Assembly: GCF_048593235.1 (NCBI RefSeq)
Contig: NC_133618.1
Span: forward strand, 48,952,478 to 49,016,477
DNA: 64,000 nucleotides
Reading direction: 5' to 3'
DNA from: Sminthopsis crassicaudata
Lineage: Eukaryota
This document shows, piece after piece, positions 62,701-64,000 of the stretch (position 1 is its first letter; each line of letters begins with the position of its first letter). The translations under genes were made by a program, and so were the position numbers. The notes beneath the pieces are model-generated. The model was not told where the DNA came from. It made no database searches and was given only the letters and a program-made list of their open reading frames with translations.

Positions 62701-64000
62701 TTTCAACTCTAGGGGTTTAAGCAATGAGAAATCGACTCACAAGGCACTGTATGACACTGTTCTGTGGTGGTGGTTCTCATTCCCATTAAGTATTTTTGTG
62801 ATTTGTTTAAGAATGTTGAGGCTTCCTAATGAATATAGTAATGGATAAGGTAGGTGGGTAGGTAGGTGGGGTGGTAGAGAGAATGTCAGGGAGACCATGA
62901 GAGAGAAAGGCAGAAAGTCAAAAATAGCCATTACTCACAATGTGACAACTCATTTCATCAAAGGGACCAAATCATTCATTTTAGAGTAGCAGTCAAATAA
63001 GAGTATTAAATTATTCCTTTAAAAGAGGAATGCTAAAATGGCCGGGTCTGTTGGCTAGGTAAGGGACCAATTGCATTAAAATCTGATTAGCTTCAGCTAC
63101 TCCACTATCATAAAAATGGGTGCAACGAGCTCTCTGGGACTTTCAGAGTTGGAAGAAAACACTTTAAATCAACAATTCCCATTCTTTTTGATGGCTGGCT
63201 CTTTTGACTCACTAACTATCCTTCTAATCTCTTTTCACTTCTTCTCACCAGCCCAATTTTCATCTCTATTTTTCTAATTTACTATTTCACCTAGTCCTGT
63301 CTTCTCAGCTCTATCCTTATCAGATCTTCAGTAAAAAGAAACTTTTTTGGTAAAATCCTTGTGAGTGGACAGCCTCCTGGGATAATTAAAGGAGGTGCAA
63401 AACCTGTAAAATAAAATCTGTGTCTTTCCTGGAGATAGAATGAAATCCCCAAACTTCTTTCTTGGTATTCTTAGGATATCTCCTTAACAAAACAAACTAC
63501 AGGAAAAAAAAAAAAAAGGAATAAGAAGGAGATTTTTTTTTGTGATTGCTGGGGGCGGGGGCGAGGGGGAGATGGGGGATGGGTATCACTAAAATTGCGC
63601 ACTAGACATTGCCAAGAAAGAAGAATATAGTAGTGACAGGATGTCAATAATCTGGAGCTCTCTCTGCCAAAATCTGAGCAACTATCAATTCCTTCACTTG
63701 TTTAATGATAATCCTTCAAAGGTTAGAGGGAAAATTTCCTCTGGAGGTATTTCTCACCTTTAAGGAGATAATGGTTGTTGGAGATAGGGAGGATGATGAG
63801 AATCCGGGGTGGTGATGGGGTGGACAATAATTATTCAGTTTTAGAATCTGTGATAGAGAAGAAGAGAAAAGCTGGCTGTCTGACATGCAACGATTTTAGG
63901 AGAGTAGGTTTCAAAGGGTTCAAAGAAAGGACAGATGGTATCCCATGGGCTAAAAGTCTACAGAGGAAGCCAGTCCAGAATGGATGGGAACTCCCAAGAA

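Noticed and set aside
49810-64000. Search for the preceding ACSF3 exon (GELLVRGPSVFREYW...WFKTG-like)
   Set aside because: Not found on the minus strand, so it presumably lies beyond the window.
1-64000. tRNA, rRNA, snRNA genes, NUMTs, endogenous viral elements, LTR/ERV
   Set aside because: Only tRNA-derived SINE heads were seen. No ORF resembled gag, pol, env, filovirus, bornavirus or parvovirus proteins by eye; a translated profile search would be more sensitive.

Overview
Marsupial genomic DNA, with three N-gaps. WSINE1-type SINEs, marsupial CORE-SINEs, RTE and L1 3' ends point to an Australian marsupial, probably a dasyurid (inference). The only protein-coding gene I can support is the 3' end of ACSF3 (mitochondrial malonyl-CoA synthetase) on the minus strand. 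Its last three exons are 49809-49675, 46202-46091 and 24096-23979 (stop). They have canonical GT-AG sites, continuous reading phase and the same coding lengths as the human exons (135, 112, 118 nt). The preceding exon lies beyond the window end. By recalled human synteny CDH15 (M-cadherin) should lie below position 1; no CDH15 exon was found. The rest is intron or intergenic sequence with L1, L2, CR1/L3, RTE, MIR/Mar/WSINE1 elements and simple repeats; the other listed ORFs have no coding support. The most interesting non-routine signals are: an orphan CpG island (about 13.9-15.25 kb) with promoter motifs and outward splice donors; a 100-nt polyadenylated orphan retro-fragment with a perfect TSD inside an RTE that kept its 5' end; a minisatellite carrying about a dozen AATAAA signals in ACSF3 sense downstream of the gene; converging inverted L1 ends flanking the two internal exons (circRNA geometry); and several enhancer-like, repeat-free blocks. 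I found no convincing new protein-coding system, viral insertion or RNA gene. All regulatory calls are motif-level inference. Transposon boundaries are approximate and were read by eye.
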